DNA from: Longimicrobiales bacterium
Lineage (GTDB): Bacteria > Gemmatimonadota > Gemmatimonadetes > Longimicrobiales > Gaopeijiaceae
Assembly (NCBI GenBank): GCA_963664435.2
Contig: CAXXKM010000003.1
Location: 1,472,001 to 1,536,000 of the forward strand
Length of the DNA: 64,000 bases
Reading direction: 5' to 3'
In this document: positions 21,479 to 30,434 of the stretch, piece by piece
How the letters are laid out: every line of letters starts with the position of its first letter
Numbering within the stretch: position 1 is the stretch's first letter
Translations under genes and position numbers: made by a program
The notes under the pieces: model-generated
Told to the model about the DNA's origin: nothing
The model's database searches: none
What the model saw: only the letters and a program-made list of their open reading frames with translations

Positions 21479-22786
21479 CTACTTGAGGATCTTGCCTCCC
21501 TTGATGACACGCACGGGGTTACGCAACGCCATCATGTTCATCAGCGGGTTCCCATCCACCACAATGATGTCCGCGAGCTTCCCGGGCTCCACTGTGCCGA
21601 GTTCGTCGTCGATCTCGAGCAGCTCGGCCCCGTTTCGGGTCGCCGCGGTCAGAACGTGCATGGGATCCATTCCGTAGTCCACCCACAACTTCATCTGCTG
21701 CCACATCGCTTCATAGTGGAAGTTCATGGGAGTGCCGGAATCGGTGCCGAGGGCGATATTGGCTCCTGCTTTGTACAGCTGCATGAGCTTGTCGCGGTAG
21801 GGGGCAGGATTCCCCTTGCCCCCGCGAAAATACCCCAGTCGCTGGAAGTGATCCAGCGACCCTCGGACATCCGCGTAGAGGTCCTCGGGCAGAAACTCCT
21901 TCAGCAGGGGATTGTCCAGTCGCTCAGGGAACTGAAGCGTCCAGTAGTATATGGGGCCCCCGTTCCAGGTCGGCACGATCCAGGTGCCGCTATCGACGAT
22001 CAGCCGGATCGATTCCTCCTCGATGTAGTTCTTGGAACCTCCGGGAAAATGCTCGATGGAGTTGACGCCGGCCTCTACGTCGGCGCGGATGCGCTCCACC
22101 GCTCCCCCGTGGGTGGCCACCGTCTTTCCGCGCCTGTGCGCCTCCTCCACGATCACCTTCAGATCTTCCGGGTAGATGATGCCCCAGGGCTTCAGCAGGT
22201 CCGCGCCCCCTTCGATGATGTCGATCGCCGCCTGCCGGGCCTCCTCGACGCTGTTGACCTTGACCTGGAAGTACTCGTCGTACTCGCCGAAGTCGCGCAC
22301 GATGAAGGGGCCGCTCGCGTAGACTCTGGGGCCCACGATCTCGCCGGAGTTGATCTCTTCCCTGACCCGGACGCTCGGCTCCAGGGGAGCCCCCACGTCC
22401 CGGACCGTCGTCACTCCCGCGTAGATGAGTTGCTCCGCCGACAGCCTCATGATCTCCAGGATCCGGTCTTCGTAGCGGGGGAAGTACTCCGAATACTCTC
22501 CGTGGCCGATGATCATGAGGTGTCCATGGCTTTCGATGAGTCCCGGGAGCACTGTCTTCCCGTTCGCATCTACGATCTCGGTTCCTGCGGGGATCGGGAC
22601 GGTGCCCTCCTGGCCCACCGCCGTGATCCGTTCACCCGAGATCAACACCACGGAATTCTGGATAGGTGTCCCTTCGTTGCCATCGATCAGCATTCCGCCC
22701 ACGATCGCCAGGTCCGCGTTCTGGCCGGCGAGTGCTCCGAAGGTAAATAGCAGCGCCGTGGTCAACATCAGCGTTTGTGCTTTCAT
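21479..22786 (-). CDS. Exported metal-dependent amidohydrolase (Xaa-Pro dipeptidase-like)
   Basis: Signal MKAQTLMLTTALLFTFGALAG; PGLIESHGH, GVTTVRD, IEH, LGTDSG, GKLAD. Confidence 0.88.
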   Translation of the reverse strand: MKAQTLMLTTALLFTFGALAGQNADLAIVGGMLIDGNEGTPIQNSVVLISGERITAVGQEGTVPIPAGTEIVDANGKTVLPGLIESHGHLMIIGHGEYSEYFPRYEDRILEIMRLSAEQLIYAGVTTVRDVGAPLEPSVRVREEINSGEIVGPRVYASGPFIVRDFGEYDEYFQVKVNSVEEARQAAIDIIEGGADLLKPWGIIYPEDLKVIVEEAHRRGKTVATHGGAVERIRADVEAGVNSIEHFPGGSKNYIEEESIRLIVDSGTWIVPTWNGGPIYYWTLQFPERLDNPLLKEFLPEDLYADVRGSLDHFQRLGYFRGGKGNPAPYRDKLMQLYKAGANIALGTDSGTPMNFHYEAMWQQMKLWVDYGMDPMHVLTAATRNGAELLEIDDELGTVEPGKLADIIVVDGNPLMNMMALRNPVRVIKGGKILK

Positions 22787-22858
22787 CTGAGTCCCCCCTA
22801 AGGTGTAGGCGTCCAGCATCCCGAAAGGACATCTTGGCGCGCGAAGGGAAGGAGGGCA

Positions 22859-24451
22859 ATGCGGGATCGGACCGGCGGGGAACAGGTGCCAATCCGGAGA
22901 ATCGTTGTCGTAGGCGGCGGTACCGCCGGTTGGATGTGCGCCAACGTGCTGCTCGCGCGCAGCCGGTTCGATGTCGTGCTGATCGAGTCCCCCAAGGTCT
23001 CGAAAGTCGGGGTCGGAGAAGCTCTCACTCCGTTTTTCTTCGCCTTTCTGAACACCATCGGGTACGATCCCGTCGCCTTCATCAAGGCGGTCCGAGGAAG
23101 CGTGAAGCTGGCGGTGCGCTTCGAGAACTGGTTGGGAAACGGCGACGTCTACTATCATCCCTTCCAGGATGGCGGTCACTACATCGCCAAGCCCGAGTTC
23201 CGCGTTTCACCGGGATACAATCGGCTAATCAGCTACGCGCTCGCGAAGAACATTCCCCTCCACAACCTCGCGACCTCCTATTCTCTCCTCTGCGACCACG
23301 ACAAGGTGCCCTGGCCGCGGAACTTCCAGAAGGACGAAGCTCAATACCACGGGTACGGGTCCTACGCCTACCACATGGACACGTACGCGTTCTCGGAGAC
23401 GTTCCGGGCCCGCGCGCTGAAGGGTGGAGTGGACCACGTGCAGGGACACGTGGTCTCCGTCGACCCAGCCGAAACTGGTCGAATCCGGAGTGTTTCGCTG
23501 GAGGACGGCCGGAAGGTGGAAGGGGATTTCTTTATCGATTGCAGCGGATTCAGACGGTTGCTGATATCTACGATGTCGCCGGAATGGACCTCCTATTCGC
23601 CCTGGCTTCCTGTCAATCGCGCCATAGCCTTCAGTATCCCGTATTCCGAGAATCGAGACAGGAGGCACAGCGCCATCCCCCCCTACACCCTGGCCAGAGC
23701 CCTGCGGGCAGGATGGCTGTGGAAGATCCCCCTCCGGGAGCGCTTCGGGGCGGGATACGTATTCGCCGACGACTTCATTTCCGAAGATGATGCGCGCCGG
23801 GAACTCGAGGCGATCAACCCGGAATGGTCCCGCCTGCCGAGCCATACCATCCGGTTCGAAGCAGGAGCTCTGCGCAACACCTGGATCGGCAACTGCGTAG
23901 CCGTGGGCCTCTCGTCCGGGTTCATCGAGCCGCTTGAGTCCACCTCGATTCAGATTGCGCTAACCCAGATTCTCGGGGTCGTGGACGTGCTCCGGAATCC
24001 GTTCAGCTACAACCCTCGGGTGCTCGAAGCCTACAACCGGGCCATTGAAGCCGAAACCGAAGACATCCGCGACTTCATCATCCTTCACTACGCAACCCCA
24101 CGCGGCGATACGCCGTTCTGGGAACATATCCGCAACAACTACCTTGGACGGGATTATCCGGCATCGCTCCGAGACAGGATCGAGACCGCCTGGCACCGCA
24201 CCTGCGGCCACAACCGAGTGCAGTCCGAGCAGATCCGGGGGAGGGTATTCGGCGAACTCAGTCACCTGTACGTGATGCAGGCGCTCGGGCTTTTGAATCC
24301 CGAAATCGCGCGGGCAGATTTCCTTCAGGAATTCGACTCGATGGAGCGGGCGCTGGCAACCGTCGGCCGGCGAGTGCGCAGACTCCAGACACACCTGCTT
24401 CAGTTCCGGAGAGAGTGCCTTTCGCATGGGGAGTTTCTGGACATGCTGTAG
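22859..24451 (+). CDS. Flavin-dependent halogenase, tryptophan halogenase family
   Basis: GGGTAG, GVGEA, SVKLAVRFENW (catalytic Lys position), YAYH, FIDCSGF, GWLWKIPL (WxWxIP), GFIEPLEST. Confidence 0.9.
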   Translation: MRDRTGGEQVPIRRIVVVGGGTAGWMCANVLLARSRFDVVLIESPKVSKVGVGEALTPFFFAFLNTIGYDPVAFIKAVRGSVKLAVRFENWLGNGDVYYHPFQDGGHYIAKPEFRVSPGYNRLISYALAKNIPLHNLATSYSLLCDHDKVPWPRNFQKDEAQYHGYGSYAYHMDTYAFSETFRARALKGGVDHVQGHVVSVDPAETGRIRSVSLEDGRKVEGDFFIDCSGFRRLLISTMSPEWTSYSPWLPVNRAIAFSIPYSENRDRRHSAIPPYTLARALRAGWLWKIPLRERFGAGYVFADDFISEDDARRELEAINPEWSRLPSHTIRFEAGALRNTWIGNCVAVGLSSGFIEPLESTSIQIALTQILGVVDVLRNPFSYNPRVLEAYNRAIEAETEDIRDFIILHYATPRGDTPFWEHIRNNYLGRDYPASLRDRIETAWHRTCGHNRVQSEQIRGRVFGELSHLYVMQALGLLNPEIARADFLQEFDSMERALATVGRRVRRLQTHLLQFRRECLSHGEFLDML

Positions 24452-24562
24452 CGGGTAGCGGATGCTTCATATGGTTGCAACTTGCACGAGCCCGCAGCCA
24501 ACCGAGGTACCAGGCCGATTCGCGAGGAGAATACCGTGTTGGTACGGAAAACGGATGGTCGG

Positions 24563-26518
24563 ATGAACAGCCGGCGGAGGGCGCTCCTGTCCATTCTGGC
24601 GGGCGTCGTTTCAGAGCTCGTGGACGCAACAAGGCATGCCGCCGTGAGCGCTCCAGGGATTTGCCTCGCATGGATCGCTCTGGGAGCGTGCGAACCGGAC
24701 CGGGAGGACGCGCTTCCCCTGACCCTGGAGAACATCAATCGTCACGACAGGGGTGCTACCTCGGTCAGCATTTCCCCTGACGGGAGTCGAATCGCGATCG
24801 TTGGAACAGGTCCTTCGGGAAGCGGCGCCTACCTGCTGGAGACGGAAGACCGGGGCTCACAACCGGCCTTCTGGATGCCATCGGGGGCGCTGCGCTGGTC
24901 GCCGGACTCGCGATCCGTCGCGTTCGTGCACGATGGTGACATCTGGATCGCTCCGGTCCCCTCGGGTGAACCTCAACGCCTCACTTCGGGAATCGGAGAT
25001 GCCAGGGACCCGGCTTTCTCGCCGGACGGAGAGATCGTTGCATTCTACTCCGGCAAGGGAGGCGCGCAGGACATCTGGCTCGTTCCCGCTGCCGGCAGCA
25101 GCGCTGCTCGCCAACTGACTCAAGACGCCGCCGCGCTCGATGACCCCCGCTTTACGCCGGCGTGGTCGCCGGACGGTGCCACGATCGCCTACGTGTCGAA
25201 TGGTGCGGACTATTGGGCCGATGACGTGTGGCTGGTCGACGTGGTGACGGCAGAGGCCCGACAGCTGTCACGATCCCTTATGGCGTCATCCTCTCCCGTG
25301 TGGTCCCCGGATGGGGAGCGTATCGCGATCTTCGGTACGGCCAAGGACGAATACTGGTATCAGGACCTCGCCTATATCTATCTCCTCGACCCGGGGACCG
25401 GGAGCGAGCAGATCGTGGACATGCAGGTCTTCGCCACCGACGCCACGATGCGAAACCGTCCCATCTGGTCTGACGATGGAGAGGCCATCTATTTCCCGTA
25501 CCAGGAACGGGGCAACTACGATCTCTGGTCCGTACCCGCGCAAGGTGGTGTCGCTACGCGGGTGAGCAATGCAGGAGGCGTGATGCGCTCGATCGACGCC
25601 GCGCGGGGCGGCCACGCCTTCGTTTTCGTGCGGTCCACGCCTACCCTCGGCGCCGACGCCTACTTTCTGCCGGCCACCGGGGGAATCGTCGAGCGGGTGA
25701 GTGACTTCGCGACCCTGTGGGAAGGCGTCAAGGAACCCGTTGAAATCTCCTTTCGGAGCTTTGACGGCCTTTATGTCCAGGGATTCCTCTATCTTCCCCC
25801 CGGCGTTCCCGGCCAACGCGTCTGTCCGGCGCTCGTCCAGGTACACGGCGGCGGCACCAACTCCTATCTGCAGGGACCGAACCTAGTGGAACAGTACCTG
25901 GCTTCCAGGGGCTTCGTGGTGATGGCCATCAACTACCGGGGAGGATCGGGATTCGGTCGTCCCTTCCAGGACCTAGCGGTGGAGGACTGGCTGAACGGAC
26001 AGGCTCTCGACGCAGGAGCGGCGGCGGACTTCCTTCGCCGGCTGCCATACACCACGGACAAGGTGGGGATCTACGGGGGAAGCTACGGAGGGAGCATGTC
26101 CATGGCAGCCATCACGCTCATGCCCGACAAGTTCGCCGCCGCCGTTCCGATGCGGGGCGCCTACTCCAAGACCGAGACGCTCGACGAAACCGATCGCCTC
26201 GGGAAGATCTTTTCCGTGACCGGACACGGGGGATTCCCGGACGAGCGGCCGGAGATCTACGCGAAGAGCAATACGATCACGCGCATCGGCAACATCACCG
26301 CCCCGGTTCTGCTCATGCACGGCGAACTCGACCGCCGCGTCCCGTTCCGGCACTTCGAACTGGCGGTAGAGGAACTCGAACGGCACGGAAAGGAGTTCGA
26401 GACCAGGAGCTATCCCGAGGAAGGCCACGGCTTCCGCAATCCCGAGAACCGGATCGACATGTACACGCGGCTCCAAGGGTTTTTCGACCGGCACCTGGGC
26501 GCATGTGAACCGCTGTAG
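24563..26518 (+). CDS. S9 family peptidase with PD40/TolB-like propeller (start uncertain)
   Basis: Repeated WSPDG, VHGG, NYRG.SGFG, GGSYGG, HGELD.RV, EGHGF. Confidence 0.9.
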   Translation: MNSRRRALLSILAGVVSELVDATRHAAVSAPGICLAWIALGACEPDREDALPLTLENINRHDRGATSVSISPDGSRIAIVGTGPSGSGAYLLETEDRGSQPAFWMPSGALRWSPDSRSVAFVHDGDIWIAPVPSGEPQRLTSGIGDARDPAFSPDGEIVAFYSGKGGAQDIWLVPAAGSSAARQLTQDAAALDDPRFTPAWSPDGATIAYVSNGADYWADDVWLVDVVTAEARQLSRSLMASSSPVWSPDGERIAIFGTAKDEYWYQDLAYIYLLDPGTGSEQIVDMQVFATDATMRNRPIWSDDGEAIYFPYQERGNYDLWSVPAQGGVATRVSNAGGVMRSIDAARGGHAFVFVRSTPTLGADAYFLPATGGIVERVSDFATLWEGVKEPVEISFRSFDGLYVQGFLYLPPGVPGQRVCPALVQVHGGGTNSYLQGPNLVEQYLASRGFVVMAINYRGGSGFGRPFQDLAVEDWLNGQALDAGAAADFLRRLPYTTDKVGIYGGSYGGSMSMAAITLMPDKFAAAVPMRGAYSKTETLDETDRLGKIFSVTGHGGFPDERPEIYAKSNTITRIGNITAPVLLMHGELDRRVPFRHFELAVEELERHGKEFETRSYPEEGHGFRNPENRIDMYTRLQGFFDRHLGACEPL

Positions 26519-26565
26519 GTGACGCGCGCGCGGCCGGATCCCCGCCCGCGCTTACATTGAATGCC

Positions 26566-28353
26566 TCACCCGTGCCCGTTCGATGCCCGAGCACGTCCTG
26601 CGCCCCGGCAGGCCGCCGTTGCGGCCTTGTCGACGACAGGATCCCCCGTTTTGTCGAAACTGATGATCACACCGTAGTAGTCCCGTGCCTGGTCCGTGGT
26701 GAGGATCTCGTTCAGCACCTCCCACCGCACTCGCTCGGGATCGCGTTCGAGCGGATCCCCGAAGCCGCCGCCGCCCGCGGTCCGGCAACTCAGCACGTCG
26801 CCGTCTTCAAAGGGTCCATAAAAGGAGACGCGCTCGGTCAGCACCGTTTCGCGGTCCGTTCCGGGCCGCACCCACAAACGGTTGATGCCACCCTCGTGCC
26901 CTCCGTGCAGTCCGTGAGACCGGCACACGGTCTGCTCGTTTGCGACCTGCACCGAGACGTTGTCGGTAAGGAACTGGTAGTCGCGGACGGTTCCCAGACC
27001 GCCGCGATACTTTCCTATCCCGTATTCCTCGGTGTGCAGCGCATACTGCACCAGCCGGATGGGATACCGGGATTCCGCGACTTCGATGGGGGTGTTGGGC
27101 GCGTCACCGTCCCCGTGGAAGATCAGCCCGTCCGCCCCGTCGTCGAAGGAGAACGCACCGCCGCCGCCGTCCACCGGATCAATGTAGATGAACGGCTTGC
27201 CGTAGCGGGGATCGATGCGGAAGAACCATGCGCCGAAGAGCATGTACTCTCCCGCAAGCGTCCGGTCGGGCACGGCGTTGGAGAGTGCCTCGCTGACGAG
27301 GTCGATGATCATCAGGGCGGCGTAACCATACGAATCGCAGGGAGCCGGCCATGATGGATTGGTGATGGTGTGTTCGGGCGAGACCACCGCCAATGGGCGG
27401 CTGTGTCCCTCGTTCGCCGGCTCGTGGGGAAGAGTCGCCGACTTGAATGCGATCTCAGCCGCGGCGCGCGCTCCCGTGATCGGAATGTTGACCGGACCGG
27501 TGGCGGTCTCGCCGGTTCCGGTGAAGTCGATGGTGGCGTCGTCTCCATCGATGCGGACCGTGACCCTGATCCTGCGCCGCCTGGTTGTCTCAATCCCGTC
27601 GTGATCCATGCAGGTCTCGGCGCTCCATTCGCCGTCGGGCATTTCCCCAATGAGCCTGCGCATCAGCGCTTCAGACTGATCGAAGACGTGCTCCATGGAT
27701 TCCCGTACCACCCCGGCTCCGTATTTCTCGCACAGCGCGACGTATCGGTTTACGCCTGTCTTGCACGCGGCAATCTGAGCCCCCAGATCGCCCTTCACCA
27801 AGTCGGGGAAACGGGTGTTGGCCATGATGTAGTCCATCATCGTCCCGTTCAGCTCGCCCTCATCGTAGAGCTTCAGGTGAGGGAAGATCATCCCCTCTTG
27901 GAAGACATCGTTGGAATCCGGGCACCAGCCGCCGGGCGTCTTCCCTCCGACGTCGGCCCAGTGGGCCGTGTTCGCAGAAAACGCCTGGAGTTCGCCGTCA
28001 AAGAAGATGGGCGTGTAGATCGAGGTGTCGGATATGTGGGTGCCGGTGCTGTAGGGATCGTTGGCGATGAGCACGTCACCCGGCGCGAAACCATCGGCAC
28101 CGAACTTCTCCACCCCATTCTGAACCGTGAGGGATAGGCACGGAAGGAAGAGCGGTAACGACGACCCCTGGGCCAGCATCTCGCCCTTGTCGGTCAGGAG
28201 GGCCACGGCGAAGTCCTGAACCTCGTAGATGAGGGGGTTGTAGGCCGTCTTCACCAGCGCAATGCGCATCTCCTCGGCCGCGGCGACGAGACCGCTGCGG
28301 ATGACTTGCGAGGTAATCGGGTCGACCCGAGTTCCGTTGGTGGTGATCATCAT
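26566..28353 (-). CDS. Hydantoinase B / 5-oxoprolinase beta subunit
   Basis: NDPY..GTH..D, AHWADVGG..PG, FQEG, GKYRGGLG, GGGGFGDP.ER. Confidence 0.92.
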   Translation of the reverse strand: MMITTNGTRVDPITSQVIRSGLVAAAEEMRIALVKTAYNPLIYEVQDFAVALLTDKGEMLAQGSSLPLFLPCLSLTVQNGVEKFGADGFAPGDVLIANDPYSTGTHISDTSIYTPIFFDGELQAFSANTAHWADVGGKTPGGWCPDSNDVFQEGMIFPHLKLYDEGELNGTMMDYIMANTRFPDLVKGDLGAQIAACKTGVNRYVALCEKYGAGVVRESMEHVFDQSEALMRRLIGEMPDGEWSAETCMDHDGIETTRRRRIRVTVRIDGDDATIDFTGTGETATGPVNIPITGARAAAEIAFKSATLPHEPANEGHSRPLAVVSPEHTITNPSWPAPCDSYGYAALMIIDLVSEALSNAVPDRTLAGEYMLFGAWFFRIDPRYGKPFIYIDPVDGGGGAFSFDDGADGLIFHGDGDAPNTPIEVAESRYPIRLVQYALHTEEYGIGKYRGGLGTVRDYQFLTDNVSVQVANEQTVCRSHGLHGGHEGGINRLWVRPGTDRETVLTERVSFYGPFEDGDVLSCRTAGGGGFGDPLERDPERVRWEVLNEILTTDQARDYYGVIISFDKTGDPVVDKAATAACRGAGRARASNGHG

Positions 28354-30401
28354 TCCTCCTCGGTAATGATCAGGTTTCCGTAATCATCGACGCCGAGACG
28401 CTGGCCCGGGTGCACGATTGCCGTAGCGTTCCACTCCTCCACGATGGCCGGCCCGCGAAACGCGTCGCCGGCGCCGAGTCTCTCGCGGTCGTAGACGGGG
28501 CACGGGACGGCATCACGCTCGTCCCTGAAGTAGACCCGACGGTCGCCCTTCAGGGCCTCGTCGCCGTCCCCCGTGCCCCTCGGAATCTCCAGAATCGAGG
28601 GCTTGCCCGATTCCACGATCGCCGATAAACGAAGGTTGACCAGTTCAGTCGCGCTACCGGGCGACGCGTGGGCGTACATCCGCTCGTGAAGCTGATCGAA
28701 CAGACTCTGGAGGAGCGGCATTCCCCCAGCCTCGAAATCGCCTGCCGGGGGAAGCGGCACCTTGACGGTGTGCTCCTGCCCTTCGTATCGCATGTCGAGG
28801 GCACGAACGAAGCGCGCTCTCTCGGCTGCAAGCCCGCTTGAGGCAAGCTTGTCGGCGGCAACGTCGGCCAGATCCCCGAACATTTCGAGCAATTCCTCGA
28901 CGGAGAGGGCGGCCGTGGGCATCACGGTGGTCCGTACCACGTCCTCGCGAAAATCGGAATTCAGGATGCCCCACGCGGAGAACACTGCGGGATTGACCGG
29001 AATGATGGTCTTCCCGATTTCCATCTCCCGGGCGAGCGACGCCGCGAACAGGCCGCCGCCGCCGCCGTACCCCAGAAGCGTGAAATCGCGGGGGTCGTGG
29101 CCACGCTCGATGGTCACGCGCCGGATCGCGTGAATCATGTTCGTGTCGGCCAGATGCGTGATTCCGTGAGCGCCCTCCTCCAGCGACAACCCCAGAGGAT
29201 CGGCGATCTTGGCCTGTATCGCCGCCTTCGCTCCGGCCACATCCAACTCCATGCGCCGGCCCAGGAAATTCCGGGGGTTGATGCGACCCAGGACGAGGTG
29301 GGCGTCGGTGACAGTGGGCTCGGTTCCGCCCTTGCCGAAGCAGACCGGGCCGGGATCCGCCTCCGCGCTGAGAGGCCCGACCCGAAAGCCCCCGGAGTCG
29401 TCGAGCCACGCGATGCTGCCTCCACCGGCTCCCACCGAGGTGATGTCTATGGTGGGTTGTAGCACGGGACGCTTGTTAACGTACGTCTCCGATTTCTCGA
29501 AGGGCCGGCCGTCCAGGATCAGCGCCACGTCGAAGCTGGTTCCGCCGACATCCGTGGCGATCAGGTTCGGCTCGTCCAGCTGCTCGCCCAACGCCACCGC
29601 GCCAATCACGCCGCCGGCAGGCCCCGACTCGAGCGTGCGTATAGGCATCCGGCGGGCTTCCTCCGATGTCGTCAGGCCGCCCGTGGACTGGATGATGTTC
29701 AGCCCGCCCCGGAACCCCCCCACACTCAATCTCTCCTCCAGGCCCGCCAGATAGGCCGCGACGGAGGGCATGACGTAGGTGTTGAGCGCCACCGTCGAAG
29801 TCCTCTCGAATTCCCGGAACTCCCCGGTGATATCCGATGAGATGGAAACATGAGCCTCGGGATAGGCTTCGCCCGCGATTCTGCGAACGGCACGTTCATG
29901 CTCCGGATTCGCGTAGGCGTGGAGGAAGCAGACAGCGATGCCCTCGACTTCCCGAGCCCTGAGGCGCTCTATCGCCCGCCGGGTGGCCTCTTCGTCGAGG
30001 GGCGTGATGACGTTTCCCTTGTGGTCGAGCCGCTCCGGAACCTCGAGGCGGAGGTAACGTGGAATCAACGGAGTCGGTGGCTTGTAGAGCAGGTTGTAGA
30101 CCTCCGGCCTGTTCCCGCGCCCTAGGCCGAGGACATCGCGGAACCCCTTGGTGGTGATGAGGCCGATCCTGCTGCCGACCTCCTGGAGGATGGTGTTGAT
30201 GACCACGGTGGAGCCGTGGATGACCATGTCGAGGTCGGTGAGATCCACATCGAGACGCCCGATTCCCTTGAAGATGTGGTCTGTCAGCCTCTCCTTGGGT
30301 GACGGCTCCTTTTCCAGCGTCACACTTCCGCTGTCCTCGTCCAGAAGAACGAAATCGGCGAAGGTCCCACCGATGTCGATAGCAAGGCGTTTCTCGGACA
30401 T
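28350..30401 (-). CDS. Hydantoinase A / 5-oxoprolinase alpha subunit
   Basis: DIGGTFAD, EFERTST, ESGPAGG, DVGGTSFD, GAGGGSIA, PGP.CFG.GG, TVTDA; overlaps B gene. Confidence 0.92.
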   Translation of the reverse strand: MSEKRLAIDIGGTFADFVLLDEDSGSVTLEKEPSPKERLTDHIFKGIGRLDVDLTDLDMVIHGSTVVINTILQEVGSRIGLITTKGFRDVLGLGRGNRPEVYNLLYKPPTPLIPRYLRLEVPERLDHKGNVITPLDEEATRRAIERLRAREVEGIAVCFLHAYANPEHERAVRRIAGEAYPEAHVSISSDITGEFREFERTSTVALNTYVMPSVAAYLAGLEERLSVGGFRGGLNIIQSTGGLTTSEEARRMPIRTLESGPAGGVIGAVALGEQLDEPNLIATDVGGTSFDVALILDGRPFEKSETYVNKRPVLQPTIDITSVGAGGGSIAWLDDSGGFRVGPLSAEADPGPVCFGKGGTEPTVTDAHLVLGRINPRNFLGRRMELDVAGAKAAIQAKIADPLGLSLEEGAHGITHLADTNMIHAIRRVTIERGHDPRDFTLLGYGGGGGLFAASLAREMEIGKTIIPVNPAVFSAWGILNSDFREDVVRTTVMPTAALSVEELLEMFGDLADVAADKLASSGLAAERARFVRALDMRYEGQEHTVKVPLPPAGDFEAGGMPLLQSLFDQLHERMYAHASPGSATELVNLRLSAIVESGKPSILEIPRGTGDGDEALKGDRRVYFRDERDAVPCPVYDRERLGAGDAFRGPAIVEEWNATAIVHPGQRLGVDDYGNLIITEEE

Positions 30402-30434
30402 GAATCGGATATCCTCCGTTTGGGCAGATGGCTC

